The notes under the pieces: generated by a model
What the model saw: only the letters and a program-made list of their open reading frames with translations
Told to the model about the DNA's origin: nothing
Databases searched by the model: none
NCBI RefSeq assembly: GCF_041248615.1
Contig: NZ_CP158426.1
Length of the DNA stretch: 64,000 bases
Source: Escherichia coli
Lineage (GTDB): Bacteria; Pseudomonadota; Gammaproteobacteria; Enterobacterales; Enterobacteriaceae
Reading direction: 5' to 3' (one strand)
Shown: positions 21,045-31,033 of the stretch, piece by piece
Position numbering within the stretch: the stretch's first letter is position 1
Layout of the letters: every line of letters begins with the position of its first letter
Translations under genes and position numbers: made by a program

Positions 21045-21050
21045 ATGAGC

Positions 21051-21078
21051 AAAACGCCCTCCTCCAGGGCGTTTATTT
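21051..21078 (+). terminator. intrinsic terminator ending the 3-gene cargo operon
   Basis: stem AACGCCCT/AGGGCGTT, loop CCTCC, then T-rich tract. Confidence 0.5.
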
Positions 21079-21081
21079 CAA

Positions 21082-21108
21082 TGCACAATAGTGCACAAAT
21101 TTGCACAA
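21082..21108. promoter_or_regulatory. three TGCACAA direct repeats at 10-bp phase
   Basis: TGCACAA at 21082, 21092, 21102, one helical turn apart. Confidence 0.4.
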
Positions 21109-21534
21109 TTTTTTTGAACGACTTTTTGCCCTTCCGGCCCGTGTGGCGTCTGGATCCGTCGGGGATCCGTGCGTGCACGAAAAAAGGCCTTTTTCTGCGC
21201 GCAGGTGACGGGGGAACAGCCCGCGTTTCAGGGGGTAAATAGCATTCCCTGAACGATGTTGCAGCGACACAACAGAATGGCTGTATTTCTCACGCTGAGC
21301 GTAAAAAAGACGTAAAAGCTTGATTTGATGGGGGTGAAAGATAAGGCCGTCAAAATCGCACTGAGGCAGCGAGAATATGTCGTCAGAGTTGCGGGGTTGC
21401 GTAAGCATCCGCCCGGCGATGATGGCTACAAGGTTGGAGATGTTGTGAAATTATCTGAAGGAATAACCAGCTTGCAGGAGAACCCGGGCAAAGTCAGAAT
21501 AGCGGCAGGCATCAACTCAAAAGAGGATAATGTC

Positions 21535-21636
21535 ATGAGCCACTTTAATGATTTATGCCAGATCAATCGTGAAGCTGAAGAAAAACGCGCTGAGGCAGCT
21601 CAAATTTTGCGGGATGAAGCGGCAAGGCTGATTGAT
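21535..21636 (+). pseudogene. 5' part of cargo ORF interrupted by the IS21-family element
   Basis: ORF with SD AGAGGA runs into the IS left end; reading frame resumes in-frame at 24224; alternative start 21325. Confidence 0.6.
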
Positions 21637-21829
21637 TGCGTATTTTCATGAAAGGAGATCACTCAATAACTTCCATCGAGATCGGGTAATAACATTTGAA
21701 CAGATCGCTGAATAACATCGATGGAGATCACTTTTGACTCATTTTGTTATTCAGTGATCTCCATCAATGTTATTGGAACTTCACAGGTGTGTTGATCTGT
21801 ATCTTTTGCCATTCCGGTAAAGGATACCT

Positions 21830-23371
21830 ATGCCAACAGTTCCAATTTCTATGAGAAAACTTAAAGAAATTCTTAGGCTTAAATACGGTGTTGGACTCAG
21901 CCATCGACAAATTGGTCGTAGTCTTGCAATCTCCCCTTCCGTTGTATCCAGATATGCTAATCGGGCGGCTCAACTTGGCATAAAGCAGTGGCCCTTACCT
22001 ACAGGATGGGATGATACAAAACTAAAACATGCGTTCCTTCAGACCCAGGTTAAGATGAAGAAGCACTCTCTGCCTGACTGGGCTACAGTACACCGGGAAC
22101 TGCGTAATAAATGCGTGACGCTGCAGCTACTCTGGGAAGAATACTGTGAGCGTAATCCAGGCGGTTTTTACAGCTATAACCATTACTGCCGGATGTACCG
22201 TGAATGGCTCAAAACCACTTCACCATCAATGCGTCAGGTACATAAAGCTGGCGAAAAACTTTTCGTTGATTACTGTGGACCTACCGTTGGCGTTACCGAC
22301 CCTGAGACCGGAGAAATAAGAACTGCTCAGGTCATCGTAGCTGTTCTCGGGGCATCAAGTTACACATGGGCAGAGGCCACCTGGTCTCAGCAGCTTGAAG
22401 ACTGGGTGATGAGTCATGTTCGCTGCTTCCAGTGGTTGGGTGGCGTTCCTGAACTTGTTGTTCCGGACAATCTGAAAAGCGCCACATCCAGGGCATGTAA
22501 GTATGATCCTGACGTTAACCCTACCTACCAGCAGATGCTTGAGCATTATAATGTCGCAGTTTTGCCTGCGCGGCCACGTAAACCGAAAGATAAAGCCAAA
22601 GCTGAAGTTGGCGTTCAGGTTGTTGAACGCTGGATCATGGCCCGAATCAGGCATGAGATCTTCTACAGCCTTGCATCGCTTAATCAGCGCATTCGGGAGT
22701 TGCTGGAAAGACTGAATAACAAAATAATGCAGAAGTTGGGTTATTCACGTGCAGAACTCTTCATCCAGCTTGATAAACCCGCACTGAAGCCTCTTCCTGA
22801 AGCCAGTTACAGTTACACCCTGGTGAAGAAAGTCAGAGTTCATGCCGATTACCACGTGGAAATCGACAAACATTACTACTCGGTTCCATGTTCGCTGTTA
22901 GGCCAGCAACTGGAAGCATGGATCTCCGGAGAACTGGTAAGACTCTTCAATCAGGGGCAGGAGGTTGCTGTGCACCCGCGCAAGCGTACTTATGGCTACA
23001 GTACCCGCAACGAGCACATGCCTGAAGCTCATCGACAGCATGCCACCTGGACGCCAGAGCGTCTTCTGGAATGGGCGGGGCACATAGGCAGTGAAACTCA
23101 TAGTTATGTGCTTCATATACTGAACTCTCGTCCACATCCGGAACAAAGCTATCGCTTCTGCCTTGGACTCCTGAACCTTCATAAAAAATACAGTAAAGCC
23201 AGACTTAATGCAGCATGTGCAAGAGCTCTGAAAACAAAGGTATGGCGTCTGTCAGGTATTAAATCGATCCTGGAAAAAGGTCTGGATAAACAACCTGTTC
23301 AGGATCCAAAACCAGATCTGTTATCCACGATGGAACACGAAAACGTACGCGGCAGTGAGTATTACCACTGA
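21830..23371 (+). CDS. istA: IS21-family transposase IstA
   Basis: 513 aa; N-terminal HTH; DDE-type integrase core; followed by istB. Confidence 0.9.
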   Translation: MPTVPISMRKLKEILRLKYGVGLSHRQIGRSLAISPSVVSRYANRAAQLGIKQWPLPTGWDDTKLKHAFLQTQVKMKKHSLPDWATVHRELRNKCVTLQLLWEEYCERNPGGFYSYNHYCRMYREWLKTTSPSMRQVHKAGEKLFVDYCGPTVGVTDPETGEIRTAQVIVAVLGASSYTWAEATWSQQLEDWVMSHVRCFQWLGGVPELVVPDNLKSATSRACKYDPDVNPTYQQMLEHYNVAVLPARPRKPKDKAKAEVGVQVVERWIMARIRHEIFYSLASLNQRIRELLERLNNKIMQKLGYSRAELFIQLDKPALKPLPEASYSYTLVKKVRVHADYHVEIDKHYYSVPCSLLGQQLEAWISGELVRLFNQGQEVAVHPRKRTYGYSTRNEHMPEAHRQHATWTPERLLEWAGHIGSETHSYVLHILNSRPHPEQSYRFCLGLLNLHKKYSKARLNAACARALKTKVWRLSGIKSILEKGLDKQPVQDPKPDLLSTMEHENVRGSEYYH

Positions 23372-23382
23372 TACGGGATCCA

Positions 23383-24132
23383 ATGATGAATCATCTTTAC
23401 GAACAACTGACCGCACTTAAACTCACCGGCTTCCGTGATGCGCTTAAAAAGCAACTTGCTCAGCCGGGCACATACCAGGAGCTGGGCTTCGAAGAACGCC
23501 TGTCATTACTGACAGCAGAAGAACTAACCTGCCGTGAAAACAGGAAGGCAGAGCGTCTGATCAAACATGCACGGTTCAGACTTAATGCTGAGTTATCAAA
23601 GCTGGATTATCGTAACAATAGAGGGCTGGACAGGGCCCTCATCCGTTCACTCAGTCAGGGAAACTGGTTAACCCTGAAACAAAATATTTTACTGACCGGG
23701 GCCACCGGCAGCGGTAAAACGTTCCTGGCATGTGCACTTGGTCATAATGCCTGCCGACAGGGATACAAGGTCTACTATTATCGCCTTAAAGCGCTGATGG
23801 AACAGTGCTATCAGGGGCATGCTGATGGAAGATACAGCAAACTTTTGACCAGGCTGAATAATAGCGATCTGCTGCTTCTGGATGACTGGGGGCTGGAACC
23901 TCTCTCATCAGAACAGCGTAGCGACCTGCTGGAAATAGTGGATCTGATGTACCAACGAGGCTCAATCATCGTAGTGAGCCAGTTGCCGGTGGAAAACTGG
24001 TACAAAATGATCGGAGACTCCACACATGCGGATGCCATCCTAGATCGACTGGTTCATGGCAGTATCAAGATCGAACTTAAAGGAGAATCAATGCGGAAAA
24101 TACAATCTCCGTTGACCGAAGGAGATCAGTGA
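23383..24132 (+). CDS. istB: IS21-family ATP-binding helper IstB
   Basis: 249 aa; Walker A GATGSGKT. Confidence 0.9.
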   Translation: MMNHLYEQLTALKLTGFRDALKKQLAQPGTYQELGFEERLSLLTAEELTCRENRKAERLIKHARFRLNAELSKLDYRNNRGLDRALIRSLSQGNWLTLKQNILLTGATGSGKTFLACALGHNACRQGYKVYYYRLKALMEQCYQGHADGRYSKLLTRLNNSDLLLLDDWGLEPLSSEQRSDLLEIVDLMYQRGSIIVVSQLPVENWYKMIGDSTHADAILDRLVHGSIKIELKGESMRKIQSPLTEGDQ

Positions 24133-24223
24133 AGGTAATTTAAAAACGGTTCTGTGAAAGTGACACGAACCGATCTCCATCGATGTTACTCACCGATCTC
24201 CTTCACGGTAATACGCAATTGAT

Positions 24224-24625
24224 TTCTATGAAGAATGGCTGGGGCTTCCATCCATGTACTGGGAAGACGATGATGGCGACCTGCACCGCTACGTGGAGAC
24301 AGGCTTGCCATGTAAGACAGCGGCGGATTTTAGTCCTCTTTCAGTCCACAATATCGCATCTGCACCAGACAATATTTTCCGCATGGCCGTGCGAACCTGG
24401 GTTAAGTCATCTGACAGCAGCTACCCGGTAAGCGTGGTTATTGCACTTGAATTATATTCAGTAGATGCGGAACGGGTGTCTCTGAGAGTCCGGGTGGAAG
24501 ACGATATTTCTGTTCGCGTATTTATCAATAAACCCAGCGAAGAAGCCTGGGGCGATGTTGTTATGCACATGAAAAAGCACATCGCTAATCACCTGAAAAA
24601 GCGAGCGCCATCAGCACTTCGTTAA
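24224..24625 (+). pseudogene. 3' part of cargo ORF interrupted by the IS21-family element
   Basis: in-frame continuation of 21535-21636 once IS and one ATTGAT copy are removed; ends 66 bp before gpQ stop. Confidence 0.6.
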
Positions 24626-24691
24626 GCAGAGCTGGAGAGTCGGGGCATAAATTTTTTATGCCCCGGCGAAGCAGCAGACAAGCGAAGCGCG

Positions 24692-25747
24692 TCAGGATAT
24701 GGGCTGGGTGTCTAACAGTGCGTAAGGGTTAAAACGGATCACCTCTTCGCCCAGCCAGTCGTTGACGTGTTTCATTGCTTCCATGACGGGCATCAGTTCG
24801 TTAATGGCAAACACACGGGCTGCCTTCTCCACATCCCCGAATGACCCCTTCTCACCCGGCATGGCCCCCATCAGCTGCGGCGGTACACGGTGCACGGACA
24901 GCACATCATCACGCGATGCAGCCTTGACGTTCATGAACTCATCCTTTGCGGTGATTTGCTGAAACGGCAAAATCTGTACGCCATCCTTACCACCTCCCGC
25001 CGCGTGGATGAGCAGATTTTTAAACGCCCCGCCACCACGCGCGCTTTGCAGTGTTTCCCGCAGTTTTTCCATGCTTTCACGGTCAACCTGCGCCGCACCG
25101 ATGTAGACAATACAGCCCGCGTGTGAGCCGTTATCGTAGTAGAGCTTGCGGAAGATATCGGCGGAATGTGACAGGCTGGCAGACAGCAGGCCGCCCAGGT
25201 AATCCGGCATCCCGTAAATCTCCTGGTTGATATCAGGATTCATCAGGTGGCATATCGTCCCCTCACGAAAGCGGTACTCTTCCTGTCCTTCCTGTATATA
25301 CCACCATGATTTCATATCGCTGCCACGTCGCATGTATTTCGCCAGCGCCCGGCGCAGGGCCAGCGGTTCGCCAAGCATGTTGCGCCGCAGCTCAAGACAG
25401 GCATTACCGAACACAAACCAGTCCATCGCCACCCCGGCGAACTCCTGGCGGGACAGCAGAGGATGTGGAATATAGCAGCCCAGCAGCACATTACGTTTGA
25501 AGCTGAGCGCCGACTGGTGCCAGGACGTCTGGCGGGCAGCCCGTGCCAGTCCGTACCAGTCAACGGGCGTTTCAAACCACCGCCCGTTGTCGGCGCAGTA
25601 CATGCTGTCCAGCAGGTCGGCCCCTGACAGCCGGTAAGGTCCTTCAAACGTGAAGGCACTCAGTGTCGGGTCGCTTCGCAGGGAATCCGCAAGGCTGCCC
25701 TGCGCTGCGCGGGCGTTCGTACGTCGTTGTTTATTTTTTCTGCTCAT
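24692..25747 (-). CDS. portal protein (P2 gpQ-like)
   Basis: 351 aa; start overlaps terminase stop; position next to gpP. Confidence 0.85.
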   Translation of the reverse strand: MSRKNKQRRTNARAAQGSLADSLRSDPTLSAFTFEGPYRLSGADLLDSMYCADNGRWFETPVDWYGLARAARQTSWHQSALSFKRNVLLGCYIPHPLLSRQEFAGVAMDWFVFGNACLELRRNMLGEPLALRRALAKYMRRGSDMKSWWYIQEGQEEYRFREGTICHLMNPDINQEIYGMPDYLGGLLSASLSHSADIFRKLYYDNGSHAGCIVYIGAAQVDRESMEKLRETLQSARGGGAFKNLLIHAAGGGKDGVQILPFQQITAKDEFMNVKAASRDDVLSVHRVPPQLMGAMPGEKGSFGDVEKAARVFAINELMPVMEAMKHVNDWLGEEVIRFNPYALLDTQPIS

Positions 25748-27498
25748 CAGAACTCCGTAACACTGAAGGGGGCGGCATCATGTTCACCGCCGACAGGTTC
25801 GTTGATAACGGCCAGCATGGTGGCCCATGCAAGATCGCCATGGCTTACGCCTCTTGCGCGATCTGTTTCGTAGGTGATAAATCCGGCCTGCGTTTTTGTT
25901 TTGCGTACCGCGTTAAAGGCGCTCACCAGTTCGCGCTCGCTGCGGTCGTACTCCCACCGCCCGGCGCGCATGAGCTGCAGCATCTTCAGAACCAGCGTGC
26001 GCTTTGATGACAGGGTGAAGGTGTAGGGAATGGCTGCCGGAAAAAAGCGCTTCACAATCTGATACACCGCATCCCCGTGACCGCCGGTTACGTCAATACC
26101 GATATGCTCAACGTTATAGCGAAAGGTGAACTCTTCAATCACCTTCGCCTGCGCCTCAAACTCCAGCCCCTGCACCCGCCGCGTCTCCACGGTGCGAAAA
26201 CGCCCGCCCGGTACGGCTGGCGGCACCACCACGACAACCGCCCCGCTGTCACCGTTCCCGCTACTGCCGTTGGCGTCGTACCCAATCCACACAGGGCGGT
26301 TCCCCATCGGACGCGGTGCAAACGGCTTCCAGTCCGGCCACTCGTCGTATCCGTCAACACCGCAGCCAATCAGGATATTCAGGTTAAATGCCGATTCCCC
26401 TTCGCGAGCAAATTCACACATGTAGAGATTGCGGAACTCGTCTTCAGTGTTATTGCGCCGGATTTTGTCAATGTTGGTTAACGTCCATCCCTGACTGACC
26501 ACATCTTCCAGCGTCACAATTTGCCGCCAGATATAGTCAGGACAGATAAGGCCGTTATGAAGCGCATTCCAGCTCACATCAAAATGCTGACGTTTATGAG
26601 TACGAAGCCCTTCATTCCAGTGATCGCCGTTCCAGTATGCATACGCCTCATGTGTTTCACTTGATGGCGTGGAAAAATAGGTACACCGCAAACCATCCAG
26701 CGTTGCCATAGCAGCAGCCACCTTGCGCAGCTCTGCGAAACGCCCCGTCCAGAAAAACTCATCAAAATACAGATTCCCTGTGTACGCTTGCGCGGTGGCC
26801 GCAGAAGTGCCGAGAAAATGCAGCTCTGCACCGTTGGAGAGGATGACTTTATCGCCCCCTTTCAGTTCCACATCAACTTCAGATGCAGCCTTCTGAATAA
26901 TGCTTTTAAACTGGAGCGCCTGACGACGAGACGCAGACAAAAAAATCTGGTTACGCTGGTAAGGTTGTGCCACATCGTCACGCAGCGCCATCAGCAGCGC
27001 TTCCTGCGCAAAATACCAGGTCGCCCCAATCTGGCGGGATTTCAGGATCATCCTGTCAGTAATTCCGGCACGCTCACAGGCACCGATAGCATCAAGCCAT
27101 TTGCGCTGGTGTCCGGCCAGCCTGTCGGTAATTTTTTCCCGCAGCGCCGCGATCTGTTCCGGCGTGAAATGATTTTTGTGTTTTTTCGCCCGGCCTTTCT
27201 TTCCTGTTGCCGTCTCATCCGGCAGACCGTCATGCAGCTTTTTAAGCTGACGGGTCAGCAAATCAATTTCCTTAAAGTCCCCGCCTGTTTTATTCTGTTT
27301 TTCCGTGAGCTGAATGAGTCGCGCATCCATGGACTGCGTGACACGCTGAACCGGGGGCGTCTCATCCCACTGGTCGCGTTTTTTCCACGAATGGATCGTG
27401 TTCTGGTTGATACCCATAAGGCGGGAAATTTCCGCAACAGGGTAACCCTGCCAGTACAGCTGGCGTGCCCGCTGGCGAACAAATGTATCCTGAATCAT
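25747..27498 (-). CDS. terminase large (ATPase) subunit (P2 gpP-like)
   Basis: 583 aa; divergent from gpO across a late promoter region. Confidence 0.85.
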   Translation of the reverse strand: MIQDTFVRQRARQLYWQGYPVAEISRLMGINQNTIHSWKKRDQWDETPPVQRVTQSMDARLIQLTEKQNKTGGDFKEIDLLTRQLKKLHDGLPDETATGKKGRAKKHKNHFTPEQIAALREKITDRLAGHQRKWLDAIGACERAGITDRMILKSRQIGATWYFAQEALLMALRDDVAQPYQRNQIFLSASRRQALQFKSIIQKAASEVDVELKGGDKVILSNGAELHFLGTSAATAQAYTGNLYFDEFFWTGRFAELRKVAAAMATLDGLRCTYFSTPSSETHEAYAYWNGDHWNEGLRTHKRQHFDVSWNALHNGLICPDYIWRQIVTLEDVVSQGWTLTNIDKIRRNNTEDEFRNLYMCEFAREGESAFNLNILIGCGVDGYDEWPDWKPFAPRPMGNRPVWIGYDANGSSGNGDSGAVVVVVPPAVPGGRFRTVETRRVQGLEFEAQAKVIEEFTFRYNVEHIGIDVTGGHGDAVYQIVKRFFPAAIPYTFTLSSKRTLVLKMLQLMRAGRWEYDRSERELVSAFNAVRKTKTQAGFITYETDRARGVSHGDLAWATMLAVINEPVGGEHDAAPFSVTEF

Positions 27499-27560
27499 TT
27501 CTCCCCCTCATGTGATTCAGGCAGTTTACTCACCCCTTACAGGCCTCCTGCCATGCCCGG

Positions 27561-27585
27561 TGTTGTCGGCATTCGCTTACAACAA
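27561..27585. promoter_or_regulatory. Ogr-type late-promoter dyad (TGT-N12-ACA) between divergent gpP and gpO
   Basis: TGTTGTCGGCATTCGCTTACAACAA; centre about 76 and 80 bp from the two start codons. Confidence 0.5.
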
Positions 27586-27652
27586 ACGCACTTTGTCTGT
27601 CCCTGCCCCGTTTTGCCATCATGAGACAAACGATCATCACGAGGGCCCGACA

Positions 27653-28489
27653 ATGCCTGAACAGAAAAAAACATCCCGTAAAACATTCCGCGTGGCCGTT
27701 TCCGGTCCCACCGCAGACGGTCGCGAAATCAGTGCCGCAGATTTGCGCGCGGCGGCCAGTAACTTCAACCCTGAGATTTACGGCGCACGCGTGAACGTGG
27801 AGCACTGGCTTTCACCGGTTCCGTCCAGTGAATTTTCCGCCATGGGTGATGTGACGGCACTGAGCACAGAAGAAATCACCGAAGGTCCGCTGGTCGGTCG
27901 TACTGCGCTGTATGCGGAAATCGAACCCACCGACCGCATGAAAAATCTGGTCTCCCGGGGTAAGAAAATTTACTCCAGTATTGAGCTGGCACGAAATTTC
28001 ACCCCTACGGGCACCCCGTATCTTATTGGCCTTGCCATGACAGACACCCCGGCAAGCATCGGCACGGAGCGTCTTCAGTTCGCCCTGCAGCAGCGCCGTT
28101 CGGTCATGACCTTCAATAATCAGCAGACGGAAGCACCGATGTTCTCTGACGCCATTGAGGCTGAAGTGATCGAACTGACGGAGCGCCGCAGCGAGGAAGG
28201 TGCGCAGTGGCTTAACCGCGTGATGAACATGATTGGGCGAGGACGCAGGGCTGACGACACCCGGTTCTCCCGCATTCATGACGCCGTTGAGGGGATAGCC
28301 TCATCGCATGCCGACCTTCTCGACCGCTTCAGTGCACTGGAATCGCGCCATCAGGCAGACAGACAGAAAATCGCCACCCTGTCCACTGAGCTGGCAGAGC
28401 TGAAAAACAGACTGCGCGGACTGGACGCTGATCAGGAAAGTCGTTTTACGGCAACCGGCGGGCAGTCCAGACAACTGGCTGACTACTGA
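27653..28489 (+). CDS. capsid scaffold protein (P2 gpO-like)
   Basis: 278 aa from ATG 27653; precedes major capsid gene. Confidence 0.85.
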   Translation: MPEQKKTSRKTFRVAVSGPTADGREISAADLRAAASNFNPEIYGARVNVEHWLSPVPSSEFSAMGDVTALSTEEITEGPLVGRTALYAEIEPTDRMKNLVSRGKKIYSSIELARNFTPTGTPYLIGLAMTDTPASIGTERLQFALQQRRSVMTFNNQQTEAPMFSDAIEAEVIELTERRSEEGAQWLNRVMNMIGRGRRADDTRFSRIHDAVEGIASSHADLLDRFSALESRHQADRQKIATLSTELAELKNRLRGLDADQESRFTATGGQSRQLADY

Positions 28490-28517
28490 CAGAAATAACC
28501 ACAAGAGGTGATAACCG

Positions 28518-29657
28518 ATGAATCTGATCATGAGCGATGCCGCGCGGGCCGAGCTTTTTGCTTACCAGGCACAACAGGCGGAGATGAATAACATCACGAT
28601 ATCTGCGCTCTCCTCCCGCTTTTCGGTACAGCCGGCAGTGCAGCAGAGATTTGAAAACGCATCAAAGGAAAGCCATGATTTTCTTCAGAAAGCCAACAGC
28701 ATTGGTGTGACAGAGCAGAAAGGTGAAAAGGTACTCCTGGACACCACCGGGCCGGTTGCGCGCACGAACAGCAGTTATGACGGTACAAATCGTCGTAACC
28801 CGCTGAATGTGGTGGACATGAAAGCGCGACGCTATGAGTGCGAGCAGGTGAACTACGACACCTTCATCTCCTACCCTCAGCTTGACATGTGGGCCGGACA
28901 CCCTGACTTCCAGCTGCGTGTGAGTCGCCAGATTGCCAGACAGGTGGCACTTGATCGCATCATGACAGGTTTTAACGGTACGCACCATGCGGAAGTCTCG
29001 GATATAAAAAAACACCCGCGACTTGAGGACGTCAATAAGGGGTGGCTGCAGGATATCAGGGACCAGGCCCCGCAACGCGTCATGAAAGACGTGATGCTGA
29101 CTGCGCGCAATATGGACAATTCGGTGGCATACACAGGCAGATACGCCAATCCCGATGCACTGGTCCAGGATGCACGCTCATCCCTGCTTGACGAATGGCA
29201 CAAGGACGCAGACGACCTCGTTGTCATCATGGGGCGAAACCTCTTTAACTCCCTGCGCCTGCCGGTCCTGAACAGTATCAGCATGCAGAATGCGAATGCC
29301 GAACTGCTTGCCGGACAGCTCATTGTGTCAACGCGGACCATTGGCGGCCTTGATGTGTACCTTGCGCCATTTTTCCCGGCTCAGTCAATGCTCATCACCT
29401 CATTCAGCAACCTGTCGGTTTACTGGCAGAAGGGGTCCATGCGTCGTCTCATGAAGGATGAGCCCGAATACAACCGTATCGCCATCTATCAGTCCGTTAA
29501 CGACTGCTATGTGGTTGAGGACCATGGTAAGTGCGCACTGATTGAGAATATCAGCTTTGCCACATATGACCATGACGCGCCGGACTGGTACCGGGAGGGC
29601 ATAAAAGCACTGTCAGCGCAGGCTGAAGACAAGGATGCAGGGGAAGAGGAGGATTAA
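28518..29657 (+). CDS. major capsid protein (P2 gpN-like)
   Basis: 379 aa; SD AGAGGTG. Confidence 0.85.
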   Translation: MNLIMSDAARAELFAYQAQQAEMNNITISALSSRFSVQPAVQQRFENASKESHDFLQKANSIGVTEQKGEKVLLDTTGPVARTNSSYDGTNRRNPLNVVDMKARRYECEQVNYDTFISYPQLDMWAGHPDFQLRVSRQIARQVALDRIMTGFNGTHHAEVSDIKKHPRLEDVNKGWLQDIRDQAPQRVMKDVMLTARNMDNSVAYTGRYANPDALVQDARSSLLDEWHKDADDLVVIMGRNLFNSLRLPVLNSISMQNANAELLAGQLIVSTRTIGGLDVYLAPFFPAQSMLITSFSNLSVYWQKGSMRRLMKDEPEYNRIAIYQSVNDCYVVEDHGKCALIENISFATYDHDAPDWYREGIKALSAQAEDKDAGEEED

Positions 29658-29659
29658 CC

Positions 29660-30436
29660 ATGCTGACACCGGCACAGGCTCATTTCCAGCACGTGATGGC
29701 TTTACGGGCAGGAACGGCAGCAGAAAACGAGGATATCGTGGCCCGCACGGCTCATGAGCAGGTCCTTCACCGTCTGCGCCTGGCACAGCAACGCATAAAG
29801 GGCGTCCAGGCAAAAGCGGCAAAGGCCGCGCTCAAGCGTGAAATGCTGCCGGGTTTTGCAGGCTGGATAGACGGCACGCTGGAAGCCGACGGCGGACAGC
29901 AGGATGAGGTGATAGCCACACTCATGGTGTGGGCCGTGGACTGTGGCGACCTGGCGCTTGCACTGCGCATCGGGGATTATGTGGTTCGCCACAACCTCAC
30001 GATGCCTGACAACTTCGGGCGTACGGCAGCCACGGTACTGACCGAGGAAATCTGCAACCCTGTTCTGACACAGGCCGGAACGGATGCACACGCCGATTTG
30101 TCCGGCTACATCGAACCGCTGGACACCCTCTGGCAAATTGTCGCGAACCGGGACATGCCCGATGAGGTCCGCGCCAAGCTGTGCAAGGCATGCGCCTTTG
30201 CCCGTCGTGGCCTGACCGATGCCGACAGCATGGCGGTGAGTCTGAAGCTGTTCCGTGAGGCAATGCACCTTAACCCGAATGCGGGGGTAAAACGTGAGAT
30301 TGCCACGCTTTCACGGGCCCTGAAAAAGGCCGGACAGGATGAAGCCGCTGCCGCACAGGAGCCTGCGGCACAGAAAGATACAACCAGAGAACAGACCACG
30401 ACGCCGAAGGCGAAAGCGAAGGCGAAACGTGGTTAA
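29660..30436 (+). CDS. terminase small/endonuclease subunit (P2 gpM-like)
   Basis: 258 aa; conserved DMPDEVRAKL region recalled from P2 M. Confidence 0.85.
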   Translation: MLTPAQAHFQHVMALRAGTAAENEDIVARTAHEQVLHRLRLAQQRIKGVQAKAAKAALKREMLPGFAGWIDGTLEADGGQQDEVIATLMVWAVDCGDLALALRIGDYVVRHNLTMPDNFGRTAATVLTEEICNPVLTQAGTDAHADLSGYIEPLDTLWQIVANRDMPDEVRAKLCKACAFARRGLTDADSMAVSLKLFREAMHLNPNAGVKREIATLSRALKKAGQDEAAAAQEPAAQKDTTREQTTTPKAKAKAKRG

Positions 30437-30538
30437 CGGCTGACCCCGTCAGAAGGCGGCGTGCCGGGCGTTCCGGTTACGGTTTTCCGTTCCCCTTACA
30501 CCCGGCACCCACCGCCTTTTTTTCTGAAGGAGCGATTT

Positions 30539-31033
30539 ATGAGCATGGTCGCAAGACCGGAAGCCGCCCCTGCACGGGACGATATCCCCGACACCGACGA
30601 CGGCGACGCCACCATCACCGCCGGGGCATTCTGGCCGGAGATTGTGCTGCGGGAGCTGCGCCTTGCAGTACGCCTGCCGGGCCGCATCACCTCCACACGT
30701 CTGGCGCACGTTGCCACGGGAGCCGTGGCTCACGTCACGCGGGAGCTGGAAGAGTGGCAGAAGGCGCAGTCTGCCGCAGGGTTCAGCATCCTCGCAGAAG
30801 TGCCTGCCGCCACCATCAACGGTGAGAGCGTCAACGTATGGCATTACCGCAACGCCGTCTACAGCGCCACCCGCGCCCTGATTCTGGAACGCTGGCGGGA
30901 TGTGGACACCACTGATAAAGGGGACCGCCGGGCTGACGCACTGGATGAGCAGATGGAAGACTTATGGCGCGATGTGCGCTGGTCCGTGGCAGATATTCTG
31001 GGTCGCCCCCGTCTTTTTGCGGAGCTGGTGTGA
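30539..31033 (+). CDS. head completion protein (P2 gpL-like)
   Basis: 164 aa from ATG 30539 with SD GAAGGAG. Confidence 0.8.
   Translation: MSMVARPEAAPARDDIPDTDDGDATITAGAFWPEIVLRELRLAVRLPGRITSTRLAHVATGAVAHVTRELEEWQKAQSAAGFSILAEVPAATINGESVNVWHYRNAVYSATRALILERWRDVDTTDKGDRRADALDEQMEDLWRDVRWSVADILGRPRLFAELV

Larger units (their letters stand above)
21637..24217 (+). mobile_element. IS21-family insertion sequence
   Basis: istA and istB in tandem; termini TGCGTATT...AATACGCA; multiple internal terminal repeats; 6-bp target duplication ATTGAT at 21631-21636 and 24218-24223. Confidence 0.85.
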
